Shown in pieces: positions 30,194-41,576 of a stretch of DNA of 64,000 bases (position 1 is its first letter; every line of letters starts with the position of its first letter). Origin of the DNA: an uncultured delta proteobacterium (lineage in GTDB: Bacteria > Myxococcota_A > Polyangia > Polyangiales > Polyangiaceae); NCBI GenBank assembly GCA_963696385.1, contig CAVOKF010000007.1, positions 384,001 through 448,000 on the forward strand, written 5' to 3'. The position numbers and the translations under genes are program-made. A model generated the notes under the pieces. The model did not search any database and was not told the DNA's origin. It saw nothing but the letters and a program-made list of their open reading frames with translations.

Positions 30194-30654
30194 ATGGTTC
30201 AGTCTGTAACGCACCGATGGGCGGCATGCAAGACGAGGCCTCCGATCGGGAAACCTTTGAGCGGAGTTTCTACGGCGGGCTCCTGCGCCATGGTCCGGCA
30301 ACCGAGCCGGGCGTTCGCCTCGTCGGATTGAGCCGAGCGCCGCTCGAGGCGGTTTCGTTCCGCTGCTGCGGGCCTACGAACCCGAGCCGGTGCCCGTGCA
30401 CCTGGTGCATCCCGCGCGCAGCGTCGGCACGTCGGGCGTCGATCACGGCTCGAACGAGGGCCTCGTCGTCTGTCGATCGCATCTGGGGCTCCGGAGTCGA
30501 GAGAAGCATCGCGCGTGCCATTCCGCCTCTTCGAGAGTCTCACGTTCATTCGTGTCCGGCGGGGCACCGGGCGTTTTGACAACGCGGCCCGCGCGCGGCG
30601 CTGACCTACCCGGTCGGCCAATCGAGAGTGCGACGTTTCGATGGGATCGCCGTC

Positions 30655-30668
30655 GGCACGGAATTCGC
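30655..30668 (+). promoter_or_regulatory. Possible sigma54 -24/-12 element
   Basis: GGCACGGAATTCGC (GG-N10-GC), about 50 nt upstream of the VOC gene. Confidence 0.4.
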
Positions 30669-30719
30669 CAAAGGTCGAGTTATCTTCACGCCAATCCGAG
30701 CACGAGGAGCACCACCAAG

Positions 30720-31196
30720 ATGAAGCCGAAGAACACAATCTGCCTCTGGTTCGACAAGGACGCGCATGATGCGGCACGCTTCTACGCCGCTACCTTCCCG
30801 AACAGTGAAGTGACCGCCGTTCACAAGGCGCCCGGCGACTTCCCCGGCGGCCATGAAGGCGACGTACTCACGGTGGAGTTCACCGTGTTGGGCATTCCCT
30901 GTCTCGGTCTCAACGGCGGCCCGCAGTTCAAGCACAGCGAGGCGTTCTCGTTTCAAATCGCCACGGACAATCAAGAAGAAACCGACCGCTACTGGAGCGC
31001 GATCGTCAGCCATGGCGGGAAGGAAAGTCAGTGCGGCTGGTGCAAGGACCGCTGGGGCCTGTCCTGGCAAATCACCCCGCGTGCGCTCACGGACACCCTT
31101 GCCGCCGGAGGCGATGAGGCAAAGCGCGCCTTCTCGGCCATGATGTCGATGAAGAAGATCGACATCGCCACGATCGAGGCCGCACGCCGCAGGTAG
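30720..31196 (+). CDS. VOC family (3-demethylubiquinone-9 3-methyltransferase-like)
   Basis: ICLWFD...LNGGPQF...EETDRYW...CGWCKDRWGLSWQITP. Confidence 0.92.
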   Translation: MKPKNTICLWFDKDAHDAARFYAATFPNSEVTAVHKAPGDFPGGHEGDVLTVEFTVLGIPCLGLNGGPQFKHSEAFSFQIATDNQEETDRYWSAIVSHGGKESQCGWCKDRWGLSWQITPRALTDTLAAGGDEAKRAFSAMMSMKKIDIATIEAARRR

Positions 31197-31449
31197 CCCC
31201 CGATCCCAGAAATGCGAAGGCTTGCCGGACCGGCATTCGTGCGGAGCGCGCGGGCGATCGGCCCTGGTGCGGCCACGGAGAGGCCGTGTGCCGCGTGCTG
31301 GCGGACCCGGCGGTTCGAAGCAACGTTGGCGGAAGCGAATTGCGGAGTCCGCCACCGCGGCCGCGATGGCGGCCGATGAAAGACGCGCGCAAGCGGCGTC
31401 ATCGGTCGCACGCCCATGCGCAGATGGCCCGCGAGCCGCTGCGCGGGCG

Positions 31450-31884
31450 TCACTGGCAGCAAAAGTCGGCGTGCACGCCATCCGCGTCGGTACTCGGCGC
31501 GCTGCAATTCAGCGAGGAGTTCAGCCTGCCTGGAGTGTCACCCGACTCGCACTGGTAACCATAGGATGGAAACCAACAGTAAGCCCCTAATTGATCATCC
31601 GGGGTGCACGTGGTCGCGGTGTACGACCAGGCGATGCAGCAGAAGTCGTCGTTCAATCCATCGGGTTGGGGAATGCTGCAGGACAGTCCGGAGTCTCCCG
31701 CTTCGGGATCGGCGCCGGGGTTGCACCTCCACCCGTCGCCACCGCTCACGCAGACGAGTGAGCGATCCGGTAAACATCCGACAGGAGCAATCGATTCGCC
31801 GCTCGAGGGCGACGTGCCGCATCCGTACGCCAGAACGGCCAGTACGCACCACGCCGCGCGCGCGGCAACATCCTGAGCCTTCAT
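31450..31884 (-). CDS. Small Cys-rich lipoprotein
   Basis: Lipobox LAYGC; two internal repeats each ending FCC. Confidence 0.65.
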   Translation of the reverse strand: MKAQDVAARAAWCVLAVLAYGCGTSPSSGESIAPVGCLPDRSLVCVSGGDGWRCNPGADPEAGDSGLSCSIPQPDGLNDDFCCIAWSYTATTCTPDDQLGAYCWFPSYGYQCESGDTPGRLNSSLNCSAPSTDADGVHADFCCQ

Positions 31885-32224
31885 GGTGAGCTACCCCGCT
31901 CGCGCCCCCGGCCGCACCTGAGTGGTGCATCTTGCGGGCCGATGGACCGATTTTGCGCAACGAAACCCAAGAGACGACTTGACCCCTTTCTGTCGATTGC
32001 GCAACACCCATTCCCGCTCTGCGCCGGGTCCGGGCCTCCGAAGCAGATTGGCCTCCGTTTGGGGCCTTCGGGCGGCGATCGCGCTCGCGGCACGATTCGT
32101 GCGTCTCACCTCGACGAGACAGGTCGCCATCGGGGGGGGTCGCGACGCAGTCATCCCCGCATCCATGCCTTTGGGGCGTTCGTTGTCACTGGAAGCGCGC
32201 TCCCGAGGGGGTCGCGCGATCGCG

Positions 32225-33472
32225 TCAGGCCGGCGTGCGCGCCGCGACCTCGACAATCCGCCCTGCGATGTGTCGAGCGTCCTGCCCGACGCCCGAGAAG
32301 CGGCCCGACCCCCACGTGAAGAGCCAGGGGAGCCCAATGAAATAGAGGCCCTCGACCGCGGTCACCCCTCGCTCGTGGCGAGGGTAGCAGCCCTCATCGA
32401 GGACGGGTGCGTGGATCCAGCCGAAGTTCGACCCGAAGCCGATGCACCACACCACGGCCCGAATGCGATCCGAGGCGTCGAGATCGAAGATTTCCTGCTC
32501 CGGCTCCCAGGGCGGGACGTATTCGACACCGGGCGGCGCTTCTATCCCCTCCTTCGCGATGAACGTGTCGATCGTGCGGTTGATGCTCCGGTAAACTTCG
32601 TCCGCGTCGTCCAGGTGCTGCTTCAAACCGGGAGCAAACGCCATGCGGCCGGCGCGGATGTCCCTCAGAGGCCCGTAAAGGCGCATGCCCTGCAGGGCAA
32701 ACCGCCGCAGATCGATGTCGCGACCGCCGTCACGACCGGTCACGTAGTGGTTGGTGCGGTCCCGGACCTGCTCCTTGTTCGGGTGACGATCAATCGGGAT
32801 GTCGTAGTAGCCCATGAGGCTAAGCCATTCGACGACGTCCTTTCCCCGGTGACGGCGAGCGCACCGCGGGGCATTGCCGACGCACAAGTGGACCTGCCGG
32901 CCGGCCAGGTGGAGATCTTCGGCGATCTGGCATCCCGACTGGCCGGTGCCGACGACGAGCACCTCGCCCTCGGGCAATTCCTGCGGATTTCGATAGTGAG
33001 CCGAGTGAATTTGGACCACGTCGTGCGGCAATTGCGAAGCGCTCGGCGGGATTCGCGGCACGTGATAACTGCTCGTCGCGACAACGACCTGGTCCGCGGT
33101 CATCGCCGGACCGATCGATGTCTCGAGCTCAAACCGCGGGCCGTCGCCCGTCGATCGGCTCGCCGACAGGACCTCCACCCCCTCGAGCACCGGAGGGTCG
33201 AACGACGCCGCGTAGCTCTCGAGATACGACACGATTTCGTCGCGCCCCATGAAGCCCTGCGGGTCGTTTCCGCGGTAGGGGTATCCCGGAAGCTTGCATT
33301 GCCAATTGGGGGTCACGAGGCAGAAGCTGTCCCATCGCTCCGAACGCCAGCTATGGGCGATCCGCGACTTCTCGAGCACGACGTGGTCGATCCCGTGCTC
33401 CTTCAGGCAATAGCTGACCGAGAGGCCGGCCTGACCGGCCCCCACGACAATGACTGCGTGATGGGGCTTCAT
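32225..33472 (-). CDS. nitH: MSMEG_0569-family flavin-dependent oxidoreductase (Nit1C)
   Basis: [61 protein letters not shown]. Confidence 0.92.
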   Translation of the reverse strand: MKPHHAVIVVGAGQAGLSVSYCLKEHGIDHVVLEKSRIAHSWRSERWDSFCLVTPNWQCKLPGYPYRGNDPQGFMGRDEIVSYLESYAASFDPPVLEGVEVLSASRSTGDGPRFELETSIGPAMTADQVVVATSSYHVPRIPPSASQLPHDVVQIHSAHYRNPQELPEGEVLVVGTGQSGCQIAEDLHLAGRQVHLCVGNAPRCARRHRGKDVVEWLSLMGYYDIPIDRHPNKEQVRDRTNHYVTGRDGGRDIDLRRFALQGMRLYGPLRDIRAGRMAFAPGLKQHLDDADEVYRSINRTIDTFIAKEGIEAPPGVEYVPPWEPEQEIFDLDASDRIRAVVWCIGFGSNFGWIHAPVLDEGCYPRHERGVTAVEGLYFIGLPWLFTWGSGRFSGVGQDARHIAGRIVEVAARTPA

Positions 33473-33482
33473 GCTCCGGACC

Positions 33483-34652
33483 TCACCCTTTTGGCTCGCG
33501 GGCGGCACCGCGGCGACGCGCCGCAGCACGCGCAGCCTCGTAGGGAAGGCGGTGCGATGCGGCGCAGCGCTCCCATGTAAACCGTGCGGCGCGGCGCGCA
33601 GCCGACCGTTGTAGATCGGCTCTTCGGCCTGGATCGAGCACCAGATCGACGAGAGTCTCGGCGATGCCATCGACGGACTCGGGATCGACGAAGGCGGCCG
33701 ACCGGCGGTCCAGATACTCGGTGAACGGTTCGCGCCCCGGTACGATGACGCAGGTCCCCGCCGCCATGGCCTCGAGGACAGCGAGGCCGAAGCCTTCGTG
33801 CAACGAGGGGCCCAGCAAGATGTCGCTCGTCCGGTAAAGCTCGGTGAGATCGTCGTCGCCGACGGGGCCCGGGCGCACGATACGGCGAGCCAGCGGGGCC
33901 GGCAGGGCCGCGAGGTCGGCGTCGAAGCGGGCCGCGTACTCCGAGTGGTCCCAAATGCTGTCGCCGCCCACGATGATCCAGGTGACCCGCGGGCACTTCG
34001 TGTAGAGCCGCGCGACGGCGGCGAGACACCGTCGCATGTTCTTGCGGGGTTCGATCCCCCCCACACTGAGGATGACGACGTCGTCGGGGCAGACTCCGAA
34101 CTCGGCGAGGATCGAACGGCCCTGGCGCGCGACGGGTCGCGCGAAGCGGTTCGCGTCCACGCCGTTGCGAACGACCGTAGTGTGCCGATTGAACTCTGCG
34201 AACACCTGCTTCTGGGTGAAACGGCTCACGCTGAGGACCACGTCGGCTTCGAGCACGGACCGGCGCTGGCAACCCGCAAGGTACGGATCCTCGAAGCGGT
34301 CGACATGATGCACCGTTCGCACGACGGGACGCAGGCCCGAGCCGAGCAGCGCGCTGGCCGCCAGACAATCCTGGGCGTGAAATACGTCGTGTTCCCGATC
34401 TCGGGTCCGCAATCCGTCGATGAACTCCCCGACGCGCTGACCCACGAGCCTCGCTCGGTCGGCGGGAGCCTCGCCGGCGGCGATGAGTTCGACTCGGCAC
34501 CGGATCGGCCGAAAGAAGGACGCGCCGGGCTTCGCCAACGCGTAAAGCGTCACGTCGTGACCCCTGCCCGCAAGGGCTTCGGCCAGACCCGCCGCGTGGA
34601 CGACGCTACCGCGCGGCCTCGTGGAATACGTGAACATTCCGACCGACATCAT
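33483..34652 (-). CDS. MSMEG_0565-family GT4 glycosyltransferase
   Basis: [44 protein letters not shown]. Confidence 0.88.
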   Translation of the reverse strand: MMSVGMFTYSTRPRGSVVHAAGLAEALAGRGHDVTLYALAKPGASFFRPIRCRVELIAAGEAPADRARLVGQRVGEFIDGLRTRDREHDVFHAQDCLAASALLGSGLRPVVRTVHHVDRFEDPYLAGCQRRSVLEADVVLSVSRFTQKQVFAEFNRHTTVVRNGVDANRFARPVARQGRSILAEFGVCPDDVVILSVGGIEPRKNMRRCLAAVARLYTKCPRVTWIIVGGDSIWDHSEYAARFDADLAALPAPLARRIVRPGPVGDDDLTELYRTSDILLGPSLHEGFGLAVLEAMAAGTCVIVPGREPFTEYLDRRSAAFVDPESVDGIAETLVDLVLDPGRRADLQRSAARRAARFTWERCAASHRLPYEAARAAARRRGAAREPKG

Positions 34653-34670
34653 GGGTCGCCTCTGGGTCGG

Positions 34671-35660
34671 CTAAGGGCCGAAGCCCGTCAGGGGGACGTC
34701 TCGAAGGTCCCAGAACATTTGCCGCTCGCCCGCCCCCGAGAGCACCAGCGTCCTCGAGTCGTCGATTTGTCCGATGGGCGCGCACGCGACGCCGACCGAA
34801 TCAAAGCGCGCGCACACGGCGGCCACGTGCGTGGGCTCGACGGCCAATACGAATCCGAAGCTCGGAAATGCCGTCAACCAGCGAAGCGCGTCGACGCCGG
34901 CGGGCGCGGGGATCCGCTCCAGATCGATGTGCGCACCGGCCCCGGAGGTCTCGAGCATCATGAGCGACGTCCCGCAGATCCCCGCCATGCTGATGTCCTT
35001 GCCGGCGGCGACCCACCCCGCCTCCGCGAGCTCGGGCAGGAGGCCGAGCTGCGCGCGCAGCAGTTGACTCGGGGCCGCCGTTGCCGCGTTGAAGTTGCCG
35101 CCTGGACCTCGGAAGCTGCCGTCGAGCGAGATGGCGGCGAGGAGCGCCTGTCCCGGCCGGGCCCCCGCGCCGGGGATCAGGCGATTGGCACGCCCGACGA
35201 TCGCCACGCCAAGCATGCTGGCGGCCGAGCAGCGTGTCGTGTGGCCCCCGACGACCGGCACGCCGAAGGCCTGGCTGGCCGCGGCCATTCCCTCGAGCAC
35301 GCGCTCGTTCTCGCCGCTGCCGAGAAAGAGCACGTCGACGATCGCCCACGGTCGGCCGCCCATCGCGGCGATGTCGTTGACGTTCGTGAGCACGCCGCAG
35401 AAGCCCGCAAACCAGGGGTCGGCAGCGACGAACTCGGCCCGCATCCCCTCCGCCGCGAAGAGGACGTAGCCGCCCCCGTCGTCCTTCAGCGCCGCCGTGT
35501 CGTCGCCGTTGATCCACGGGTGCGCCGAAGGAAACCAAGCGCTGCGCGTCTCGCGCCCGAAAGCTCTCGCGGCGCGCTGGATGTCTTGCTTGAAACCGAT
35601 CTCGGCCCGGCCCTGCAGCTCGCCCACGAGCGAGGGCAGCGACCCGGATGCGAGTTTCAC
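34671..35660 (-). CDS. nitF: sll0787-family AIR-synthase-like protein (Nit1C)
   Basis: NGDDTAA, DPWFAGFC, NVNDIAAMGGRP, GGHT, KDISMAG. Confidence 0.9.
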   Translation of the reverse strand: MKLASGSLPSLVGELQGRAEIGFKQDIQRAARAFGRETRSAWFPSAHPWINGDDTAALKDDGGGYVLFAAEGMRAEFVAADPWFAGFCGVLTNVNDIAAMGGRPWAIVDVLFLGSGENERVLEGMAAASQAFGVPVVGGHTTRCSAASMLGVAIVGRANRLIPGAGARPGQALLAAISLDGSFRGPGGNFNAATAAPSQLLRAQLGLLPELAEAGWVAAGKDISMAGICGTSLMMLETSGAGAHIDLERIPAPAGVDALRWLTAFPSFGFVLAVEPTHVAAVCARFDSVGVACAPIGQIDDSRTLVLSGAGERQMFWDLRDVPLTGFGP

Positions 35661-36241
35661 GCCGCCCTCAGGCGACCCATGAGGGCCGCCGCCACGTCGC
35701 CAAAGACGGGCCGGTTCGCCCAGGCGGCGCACGCCGGATACGCCTCGAGATCGGCCCGCATCAGCTGGTGCGGCTGTCCGCAGACCTCGACGGGCTCAAT
35801 CGCCGAGAAGTGGTGTTGCTCGAAGTACCGGACGTTCTTCGCCTGGATGGTCGCCAGGAAGGTCTTGCAACCGAAGGCGCGCGCCGTCGACACGGCGGCG
35901 CAAATCAGCGAAGTCCCCACGATTCGCCGCGAGCGGTACCTCGGGATGACGCCCAGGCGGCCTCCGAACCACGTGTCCGGATCCGTCGGGTAGATCCGGA
36001 CGACGCCCACCACTTCGTCGGCCATTCCGGCCATCTGGGCCATCGCCACAATGGCCGTCGCGCGCGCGTCGTGTGCGTCGACGTCCGTTTGGTCGAAGAG
36101 GCCCTGCTCCTCGGCAAAAACGGAGCGCCGGAGCCTGTAGTAGGCCTCGAGCTGCCAGGGCTCGCTCACGATTTGAGCCGCGATGGCGCTCGAGAGGAAG
36201 GGGATGACCTCTTGCCCCCAGACATTGGCCGCTTCAAGCAT
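35657..36241 (-). CDS. nitE: MSMEG_0567/Sll0786-family N-acetyltransferase (Nit1C)
   Basis: LRRSVFAEEQGLF...DAHD, VVGVVRI, WFGGRLGV, HQLMRADL. Confidence 0.9.
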   Translation of the reverse strand: MLEAANVWGQEVIPFLSSAIAAQIVSEPWQLEAYYRLRRSVFAEEQGLFDQTDVDAHDARATAIVAMAQMAGMADEVVGVVRIYPTDPDTWFGGRLGVIPRYRSRRIVGTSLICAAVSTARAFGCKTFLATIQAKNVRYFEQHHFSAIEPVEVCGQPHQLMRADLEAYPACAAWANRPVFGDVAAALMGRLRAA

Positions 36242-37370
36242 GGATCGCCTCCCGCGCGCGCAGCGAGGAGCACGCACCGCAACGTCCGCACCCGGCTTTT
36301 ATCGCGTCGCTCCGCATGCCCGCCTCGAAGAGGACGCGAGCGACATCGGCCAGCACCGAGTTGACGAATGCGGGATCCGGCGGCGGGTGGTCCTCGAGCG
36401 GCGTGCCGGCGATGGGGACGAAGGGAACGACGAACGGGTAGACACCCATCGCGACAAGGCGCCGGCACGTGGCGAGGATCGCGTCATGCGAATCGCCGAG
36501 ACCCGCCAAAATGTACGTGGAGACTTGCCCCCACCCGAAGACGTCGACAGCGTGCCGGAAGGCGTCCAAGTAGGTCGCGATGGGAATCTCGGCCTTGCCC
36601 GGCATGATCCGGCGGCGCACGGGCTCGGTCACGGCCTCGAGGTGCATTCCGAGGCTATCGACACCGGCGGCGGCCATTCGGTCGATCCACGCGAGATCGG
36701 CAGGCGGCTCGCATTGCGCCTGAATGGGGACCGACACTCGCGCTTTGATGGCGCGCGCTGCGTCGCTCAGCACGAGCGCGCCGCGGTCGTCGGTGTGCGG
36801 CGTCCCGGTCGTCAAAACGACGTGCTTGACGGCGTCCAGAACCACCGCCGCCTCGGCGACTTCCGCGAGCTGATCGGGCCTCTTTTCAGCGACGGTCGTC
36901 CTCGAGGCGAGCGACTGACCGATCGCGCAGAACTGGCAGGAGGTTTCACGCCGCCCGTAACGGACGCACGTCTGCAGCACAGTCGTGGCCAACACGTCGT
37001 CTGCGTGCAGACGCGCGATCTTCCAGTAGGGGACGCCCTCGGCCGTCACTCGCGAGTAGAAATTCGGCGTGCGAGGGAATGTCACCTCGGCGACGGGCCA
37101 CCCATCGCGCCGCAAGGTCGCCGTCGCTCCATTCGGGGCCACCTCGGCGGAGTAGGGGGAGTGACCCGCGGCGCGGGTGAAGATCGGCACCATCACCGTC
37201 TGGTTCCAGACCGTGACGGCCTTGTGATCGGACGGCCCGGCGCCCCCGGCTCGACTCAGGCCGGGACCGCCCGGATCGATCCAGTGGACGCCCAAGGCCT
37301 GGAGCTCCGCGATGAGCTCAAACGGCGGGAGTGCGGGCGCCCCCGTCAAGATGGGCAACGATCGATTCAT
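36234..37370 (-). CDS. nitD: MSMEG_0568-family radical SAM protein (Nit1C)
   Basis: [18 protein letters not shown]...[28 protein letters not shown]. Confidence 0.93.
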   Translation of the reverse strand: MNRSLPILTGAPALPPFELIAELQALGVHWIDPGGPGLSRAGGAGPSDHKAVTVWNQTVMVPIFTRAAGHSPYSAEVAPNGATATLRRDGWPVAEVTFPRTPNFYSRVTAEGVPYWKIARLHADDVLATTVLQTCVRYGRRETSCQFCAIGQSLASRTTVAEKRPDQLAEVAEAAVVLDAVKHVVLTTGTPHTDDRGALVLSDAARAIKARVSVPIQAQCEPPADLAWIDRMAAAGVDSLGMHLEAVTEPVRRRIMPGKAEIPIATYLDAFRHAVDVFGWGQVSTYILAGLGDSHDAILATCRRLVAMGVYPFVVPFVPIAGTPLEDHPPPDPAFVNSVLADVARVLFEAGMRSDAIKAGCGRCGACSSLRAREAIHA

Positions 37371-38340
37371 CGTGAGGGTCCTTCGTCGGGGGTGGAGGAG
37401 AGGAGGCAACGAGATCGCGCACGTGCGGCTGCGGCGTGCGATTGGCGTAGAGCGCCAGGAGCTCGGGGCGGCTGTAGTGACCGACGCTGTCCATCATGCG
37501 TTTTCGCTTCGTGATGAGCGAAAGGTCGAGGTCCGCGGTGAGGATCCCCTCCCCGCTCGTGATCGGCTCGCCGAGGAGCACGCCCTCGGGCGAGACGATG
37601 GCGGTGTAGCAGCCGCCCCGGAGCGCCTTGCCGAGACCCGTCGTGCCCGCGATGGTGTGGACCTGCTCATCGTCTAAAAACCCCGTGGAGTTGACGACGA
37701 AGCAGCCGGCCTCGAGCGCGTGATGGCGGATCGTGACCGCGATTTGGTCGGCGAAGATGTTGCCGACGAGGGACCCGGGGAACATGGCCACGTGAATTTC
37801 CTCGTGGTCGGCCATGAGCGCGTAGCGCGCGAGCGGGTTGTAGTGCTCCCAACACGCGAGGGCGCCGAGCCGCCCGACACGCGTGTCGACGGCGCGCAGG
37901 CCCGAGCCGTCGCCTTGCCCCCAGATCATGCGCTCGTGAAACGTGGGCGTGATCTTGCGGCGTGACAGCACGAGTGCGCCGTCGGCGTCGAAGACGAGTT
38001 GCGCATTGTAAAGCGTCCCGTGGTCGCGCTCGTTGACGCCGATCGCGACCACCGCACCGGCGCGCCGCGCTGCCTGTCCGATCGCATCGGTCGCGGGGCT
38101 CGGAATCTCCACCGACTGCTCGATGAGAAGGACGTGGTCGGCGCCCGAAATTGCAGGTGCCTTGATGAACGAGAAGTAGGGGTAGTACGGGACGATGGTC
38201 TCGGGGAACACCACGAGATCGGCGCCGAGGCGTGCTGCTTCTGCGATGGCGCGACACACCTTCTCGGTCGTCGCCTGTCGATCGAAGAGGACCGGGCTCA
38301 GCTGCACTGCCGCAGCTCTCACTCGGCGCGTCGCGGTCAC
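37318..38340 (-). CDS. nitC: Nit6803-family nitrilase (Nit1C)
   Basis: Catalytic triad motifs [20 protein letters not shown]. Confidence 0.95.
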   Translation of the reverse strand: MTATRRVRAAAVQLSPVLFDRQATTEKVCRAIAEAARLGADLVVFPETIVPYYPYFSFIKAPAISGADHVLLIEQSVEIPSPATDAIGQAARRAGAVVAIGVNERDHGTLYNAQLVFDADGALVLSRRKITPTFHERMIWGQGDGSGLRAVDTRVGRLGALACWEHYNPLARYALMADHEEIHVAMFPGSLVGNIFADQIAVTIRHHALEAGCFVVNSTGFLDDEQVHTIAGTTGLGKALRGGCYTAIVSPEGVLLGEPITSGEGILTADLDLSLITKRKRMMDSVGHYSRPELLALYANRTPQPHVRDLVASSPPPPTKDPHDESIVAHLDGGARTPAV

Positions 38341-38356
38341 GGTGTGCGGTCTCGGG

Positions 38357-38839
38357 TCAGAGTGTCCACGTGTTCAAAATGAACGCGCCGTCGCGGCGGT
38401 GGATCAGGATGAGGTCGAGGACGTCGAGCGGGCTGATCGGCCGGACTCCTTCGATGAGCGACGGCTCCCCGTGCCCGTAGAGCGCCTGAAGCGCGAATCG
38501 GCACGCGTACACTTTGCCGCCCTCGGACATGAACTTCTGAACCTGGCCGTTCATCGCCAAATGGCCGGGGAATGCCTCGTCGCCGATCTTCGGAAAGCCG
38601 CGCTGCAGTCCGAGTGTCACGCCGGGCCCGTAGAGCAGGATGGACGTCTCGAACCCCTTGCGCAGCAGGCGCGTCGCCTGCAGGAGGTTGACCAGGCCGA
38701 TCGACCCCTCGAACGCGACCGTGTGAAACGTGACGAGCGCCTTTTCGCCGGGCTTTGCTTTGACGTCTTCAAAGACCTTTTCCTCGTAATCGACGAGGAA
38801 GTCGCCGGTCTTGTGATGCGGAGCCTGAACTTTGGGCAT
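38357..38839 (-). CDS. nitB: MSMEG_0572/Sll0783-family DsrE-like protein (Nit1C)
   Basis: [43 protein letters not shown]. Confidence 0.93.
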   Translation of the reverse strand: MPKVQAPHHKTGDFLVDYEEKVFEDVKAKPGEKALVTFHTVAFEGSIGLVNLLQATRLLRKGFETSILLYGPGVTLGLQRGFPKIGDEAFPGHLAMNGQVQKFMSEGGKVYACRFALQALYGHGEPSLIEGVRPISPLDVLDLILIHRRDGAFILNTWTL

Positions 38840-38954
38840 GTCTGGACCCTCCGAGAAGGTGTTTTTTGGACTCTGGGCGCCCGAGCACGGATCTCGCCGT
38901 GACACACGGTCGAGACCCGCGCTCGCCAAGCGCCCCGCGGATGCGAGAGGGCTG

Positions 38955-38970
38955 TGCGAGGGGCGTGCCC
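38955..38970 (-). promoter_or_regulatory. sigma54 -24/-12 promoter of the nit operon
   Basis: Minus strand GGGCACGCCCCTCGCA (GG-N10-GC), about 115 nt upstream of nitB and next to a bEBP gene. Confidence 0.65.
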
Positions 38971-39051
38971 GACTTGCGACCTCCGCTCGTTGCCCAGGCG
39001 TTCTGCGAGAAAACGAGCAACCAGGCACCCGCTCGTTACCGAGGAGAAACG

Positions 39052-39114
39052 CTCGAAGATTCGATGAATCGCAAGTTTTTGCGATTTGGATTCGAGTCTT
39101 CGAGATCCAAGGCG
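39052..39114. promoter_or_regulatory. Nested inverted repeat (activator binding site or terminator)
   Basis: CTCGAAGA...AATCGCAA/TTGCGATT...TCTTCGAG, between the nitA stop and the sigma54 site. Confidence 0.5.
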
Positions 39115-39117
39115 GCC

Positions 39118-40725
39118 TCAGATGTCCACCGGGTTTCGTCGATCGCTCGACCGACGAAACCCGAACCGCTTCATATGGTAGGCGAGCGTGCTCGGGCTGA
39201 TGCCGAGCATCTTCGCGGCGCCTTGCGCACCCGCGACTCGGTAATCGCAACGCACGAGCGCGTTCAGGATGTTGCGCCGCTCGATCTCGCGGAGCATGGC
39301 CACCGGGATCACTTGCTCGAGCCGTTCTGGATCGAGCGGCACGCCCGCGCTCGACGCTCGGTGGGGCTCGCCGGTTTCGTTCTGCGACGTCCGCGCGAGC
39401 TCGAACCGGAGCTTGCCCTGCGTCGTCGGCGCGAGAACGACGGCGCGCTCGATGACGTTGTGGAGCTCCCGAGCGTTGCCCGGAAAGTCGTAGGCGAGGA
39501 GCGCGCTCTCGGCGGGTTCTTCGAGGACAGGCTCTGGAACGTGAAGCCGGCGCGCCGTGGCTTTGAGAAATGACCGAGCCATGGGGATGATGTCGTCGCG
39601 CCGCTCGCGCAGCGGCGGAACCTCGACGGGCAGGACGTTCAGCCTGTAGTAGAGGTCGCGCCGAAAGCGACCTCGCGCGACCTCCCGCTCCAGATCGCGG
39701 TTGGTGGCCGCGACGACGCGGACATCGACCTTGCGCGTCCGGTCATCGCCGACAGGCTCGAACGTGCGCTCCTGCAGCACGCGAAGCAGCTTGCCCTGCA
39801 AGTCGAGCGGAATCTCGCCCACCTCGTCGAGAAACAGCGTGCCCCCGTCCGCCAGCAGGAAGCGGCCCTGACGGTCGCGAATGGCCCCGCTGAAGGCCCC
39901 ACGCACGTGCCCGAAGAACTCACTCTCGAAGAGCTCGTGGGGCACGCTGGCACAATTGACGCGCACGAGCGGCCCGTCGCGCCGAGGGCTCATTCGGTGG
40001 ATTGCGGCCGCGATCAATTCTTTTCCGACGCCGCTCTCGCCCAGGACCAGTACCGAGGAGTTCGTTTGCGCGACTTGCTCGGCCTGCTGGAGCACGCGCT
40101 TCATCTTCGAGCTGACCGCGACGATCTCGTCTTGCTGGAGCGCCGTACGAACCGCCTCGCGCAGATAGTCGCGCTCGCGCTCGGCCCGATCTTTCAGGCG
40201 CTCAATTTCCTCGAAGGCGCGCGCGTTCGCGATGGCCACCGCCGCATGATCGGCAAACACCCGCAACCACTTGAGATCCTGGGTGGCGAGCCGCCGCCGG
40301 CTGAAGACGGCGACGACGCCGAGGACCTGATCGCGAAACGCAAGGGGCTGACCGGCAAAGCTCTCGATGGCCTCGGCCTCCGCCCACTCGGGTTGCACGA
40401 GCCAGTCGCGTGGACCCCGCTGCAGAAGAAGCGGGGCGTTGGTCGCCGCGACTCGGCCCACCTTGCCGTACGTCATCGGAATTTTGTGGTGGGCTCCGTC
40501 CGTTCTCGTCCAGCGGACGGACGGATCCACGATGGACGTGCCGACGCTCGCGCGAAGCTCGAGGTAGGGCGCGGCGGACGGATCGTCGTGCCGCAGCAGC
40601 CACACCCGGGCAAGAGCCACTCCTTCAGTCATGCCGAGACCGCGCACGAGCTCGTCGAGGACCGTGTCGGGCGATCGTGCTGCGGCGACCGACAGCGCCA
40701 GCGACTGAAGCGCTTCGAGCTGCAT
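39118..40725 (-). CDS. nitA: GAF-domain sigma54-dependent activator (FhlA-like, Nit1C regulator)
   Basis: [38 protein letters not shown]-terminal HTH. Confidence 0.9.
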   Translation of the reverse strand: MQLEALQSLALSVAAARSPDTVLDELVRGLGMTEGVALARVWLLRHDDPSAAPYLELRASVGTSIVDPSVRWTRTDGAHHKIPMTYGKVGRVAATNAPLLLQRGPRDWLVQPEWAEAEAIESFAGQPLAFRDQVLGVVAVFSRRRLATQDLKWLRVFADHAAVAIANARAFEEIERLKDRAERERDYLREAVRTALQQDEIVAVSSKMKRVLQQAEQVAQTNSSVLVLGESGVGKELIAAAIHRMSPRRDGPLVRVNCASVPHELFESEFFGHVRGAFSGAIRDRQGRFLLADGGTLFLDEVGEIPLDLQGKLLRVLQERTFEPVGDDRTRKVDVRVVAATNRDLEREVARGRFRRDLYYRLNVLPVEVPPLRERRDDIIPMARSFLKATARRLHVPEPVLEEPAESALLAYDFPGNARELHNVIERAVVLAPTTQGKLRFELARTSQNETGEPHRASSAGVPLDPERLEQVIPVAMLREIERRNILNALVRCDYRVAGAQGAAKMLGISPSTLAYHMKRFGFRRSSDRRNPVDI

Positions 40726-40960
40726 CGTCGGGACCTCAAGGCGAGCGTCGCACCGCGCCGTCTCGCCCGGGCTTCGGCCAAGCAGCGGGAGCGTTTCGGG
40801 CACGTCGGCTGCGCCCATGCGCACGACACCGAGGCTAGCGATTGCGAACCCGGAAACGAACGATGGCGAGCTCGGGCACCTGCTCGCGCCCGAGAGGTGG
40901 AACATCGCATTTCCGATTTCTGCAAGACGGCGGCGCCGCGCTCATCTAGACCCGTCCTTC

Positions 40961-41365
40961 ATGACGGAAAATCTGAGGTTCGAAGGTCTGACGCTCACGG
41001 TGGAGAGCGTGGAACAATCCATCGAGTTCTACAGCGGCAAGCTCGGGCTGAAGGTCGAGTGGAACGCGCTTCCAGCCTTCGCCATGATGCGCCACGGCGT
41101 GGTCACGCTCGGTTTGCTCGCCGCCGCGGAAGCTCGAAAGGAGGGAGTTGTCGACTCGAGTCCCTCGCAAAAGGCCGCCATCCACGTGGAGTTCACGACG
41201 GACGACCTCGACGGCCTTTACGAGGAGCTCAAGGCGAAGGGCGTGACGTTTCATCAACCTCCACACGACGAGCCCTGGGAGCGTGCGATGACAGCGTTCG
41301 ATCCCGACGGCTACGCCGTCGAGTTTGCGCAAGGCAAGCGCGGGCACAACCAGACGAAGCCATGA
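40961..41365 (+). CDS. VOC/glyoxalase family protein
   Basis: LTVESVEQSIEFY...DDLDGLYEEL...PWER...DPDGYAVEF. Confidence 0.88.
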   Translation: MTENLRFEGLTLTVESVEQSIEFYSGKLGLKVEWNALPAFAMMRHGVVTLGLLAAAEARKEGVVDSSPSQKAAIHVEFTTDDLDGLYEELKAKGVTFHQPPHDEPWERAMTAFDPDGYAVEFAQGKRGHNQTKP

Positions 41366-41402
41366 CCGCCCCCAAGTCGACGCGACGGAACCGCTTGCGG
41401 TC

Positions 41403-41490
41403 CTACCGCGACAGCGTGGCCGCTGCCCGCTTGATCAGTGAGGCCACGGCATCCGGGTGCGATACGAAGACGGAGTGACTCGCGGGAGCT
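41403..41490 (-). pseudogene. C-terminal remnant of an alpha/beta hydrolase
   Basis: ASHSVFVSHPDAVASLIKRAA* (catalytic His motif), with no upstream body. Confidence 0.5.
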
Positions 41491-41576
41491 CTCGGGATCG
41501 ATGACGAAGCGGTTTGCATCGTCGCGACATGGGGATGATATGGACGAATCCATTTTGACGCTTGCGGGGAGGGCAC

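Noticed and set aside
33798..35993. Long antisense ORFs (this one, also 31922..33580, 14305..15810, 47579..49090)
   Set aside because: Shadow ORFs typical of high-GC DNA, lying opposite well-supported genes and lacking recognisable motifs.
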